A stretch of 64,000 bases of DNA, taken from contig NW_021837042.1 of the NCBI RefSeq assembly GCF_006345805.1, positions 1 to 64,000 of the forward strand. Reading direction: 5' to 3'. Of this stretch, positions 63,528-64,000 are shown one piece after another (position 1 is the first letter of the stretch; each line of letters starts with the position of its first letter). Source of the stretch: Octopus sinensis (Eukaryota). The translations under genes were made by a program, and so were the position numbers. Under the pieces are notes generated by a model. The model saw nothing but the letters and a program-made list of their open reading frames with translations. It had not been told where the DNA came from and did not search any database.

Positions 63528-64000
63528 AAATAAAATAAACGAAACATTTATTGTAGGTCTCTACACTTTTCAGATTTGGCCAACAGCAACATGGAAAATG
63601 TTTGTCGAGAAGAACAGAAGACAATGGGAATTATATAAAAGCTGCTAACAGAGCGTGAATTTCATGAGATGAAATCTAAGTCAGCAGCCGAATGTCTATC
63701 TACAATGTAAGATGCTTCTACTAACCCGAATCCTTGAGCAATGTTCCACAATTACAGCGCTGTTGACTCTAGAAGAAAATGCATTGTTACGAGATACATT
63801 GCAATAAACGTGAAATAGAATCTGCCAATAAAATAGACGAAGATGGCGAGCTGGGAAAAAATTCTTAGTATGTCGGACAAAATGCTTAATGGCATTTCTT
63901 CAAGAGCCTTGCGTTCCGAGTTCAAATCCCATCGAAGTCGTCTTTCCCTTTCGTCCTTTTCGGAGTAGATGAAATATAACGTGCCAGTGAAGTGCTGAGA

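Overview
Eukaryotic, AT-rich and repeat-saturated 64 kb window. There are no prokaryotic features, CRISPR arrays, rRNA genes or intact tRNA genes. The repeat families look like those I recall from octopus (coleoid cephalopod) genomes; this is an inference and cannot be verified here. Almost all ORFs in the supplied track are translations of microsatellites. Retroelements: four tRNA-derived SINE families (called A-D here, about 45 copies), a 5'-truncated CR1-type LINE inserted in a 5 kb AT-rich satellite, a young Dong/R4-clade LINE with an unbroken 587-aa RT/REL ORF sitting in (TAA)n, two RTE 3' ends, and Penelope-like (PLE) fragments. DNA elements: Helitrons (one with a PIF1 helicase fragment), three Tc1/mariner remnants and several fold-back MITEs. 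A few small candidate minus-strand exons suggest the window lies inside a large-intron host gene; one exon reads like a VPS10/Asp-box segment, but this is weak. The most interesting signal is at least five unrelated families of (TA)n-anchored, often fold-back element termini carrying type I hammerhead ribozyme motifs, including non-canonical core variants. One family places a tRNA-like Pol III cassette between a Penelope endonuclease stop codon and the hammerhead. Other notable items: a covarying 3' stem-loop shared by SINE-A and the CR1 LINE, fixed-junction SINE-B multimers, an inverted target duplication between two opposed SINEs, a spacer-flipped MITE, and a stepwise compensatory change spreading through a palindromic satellite.
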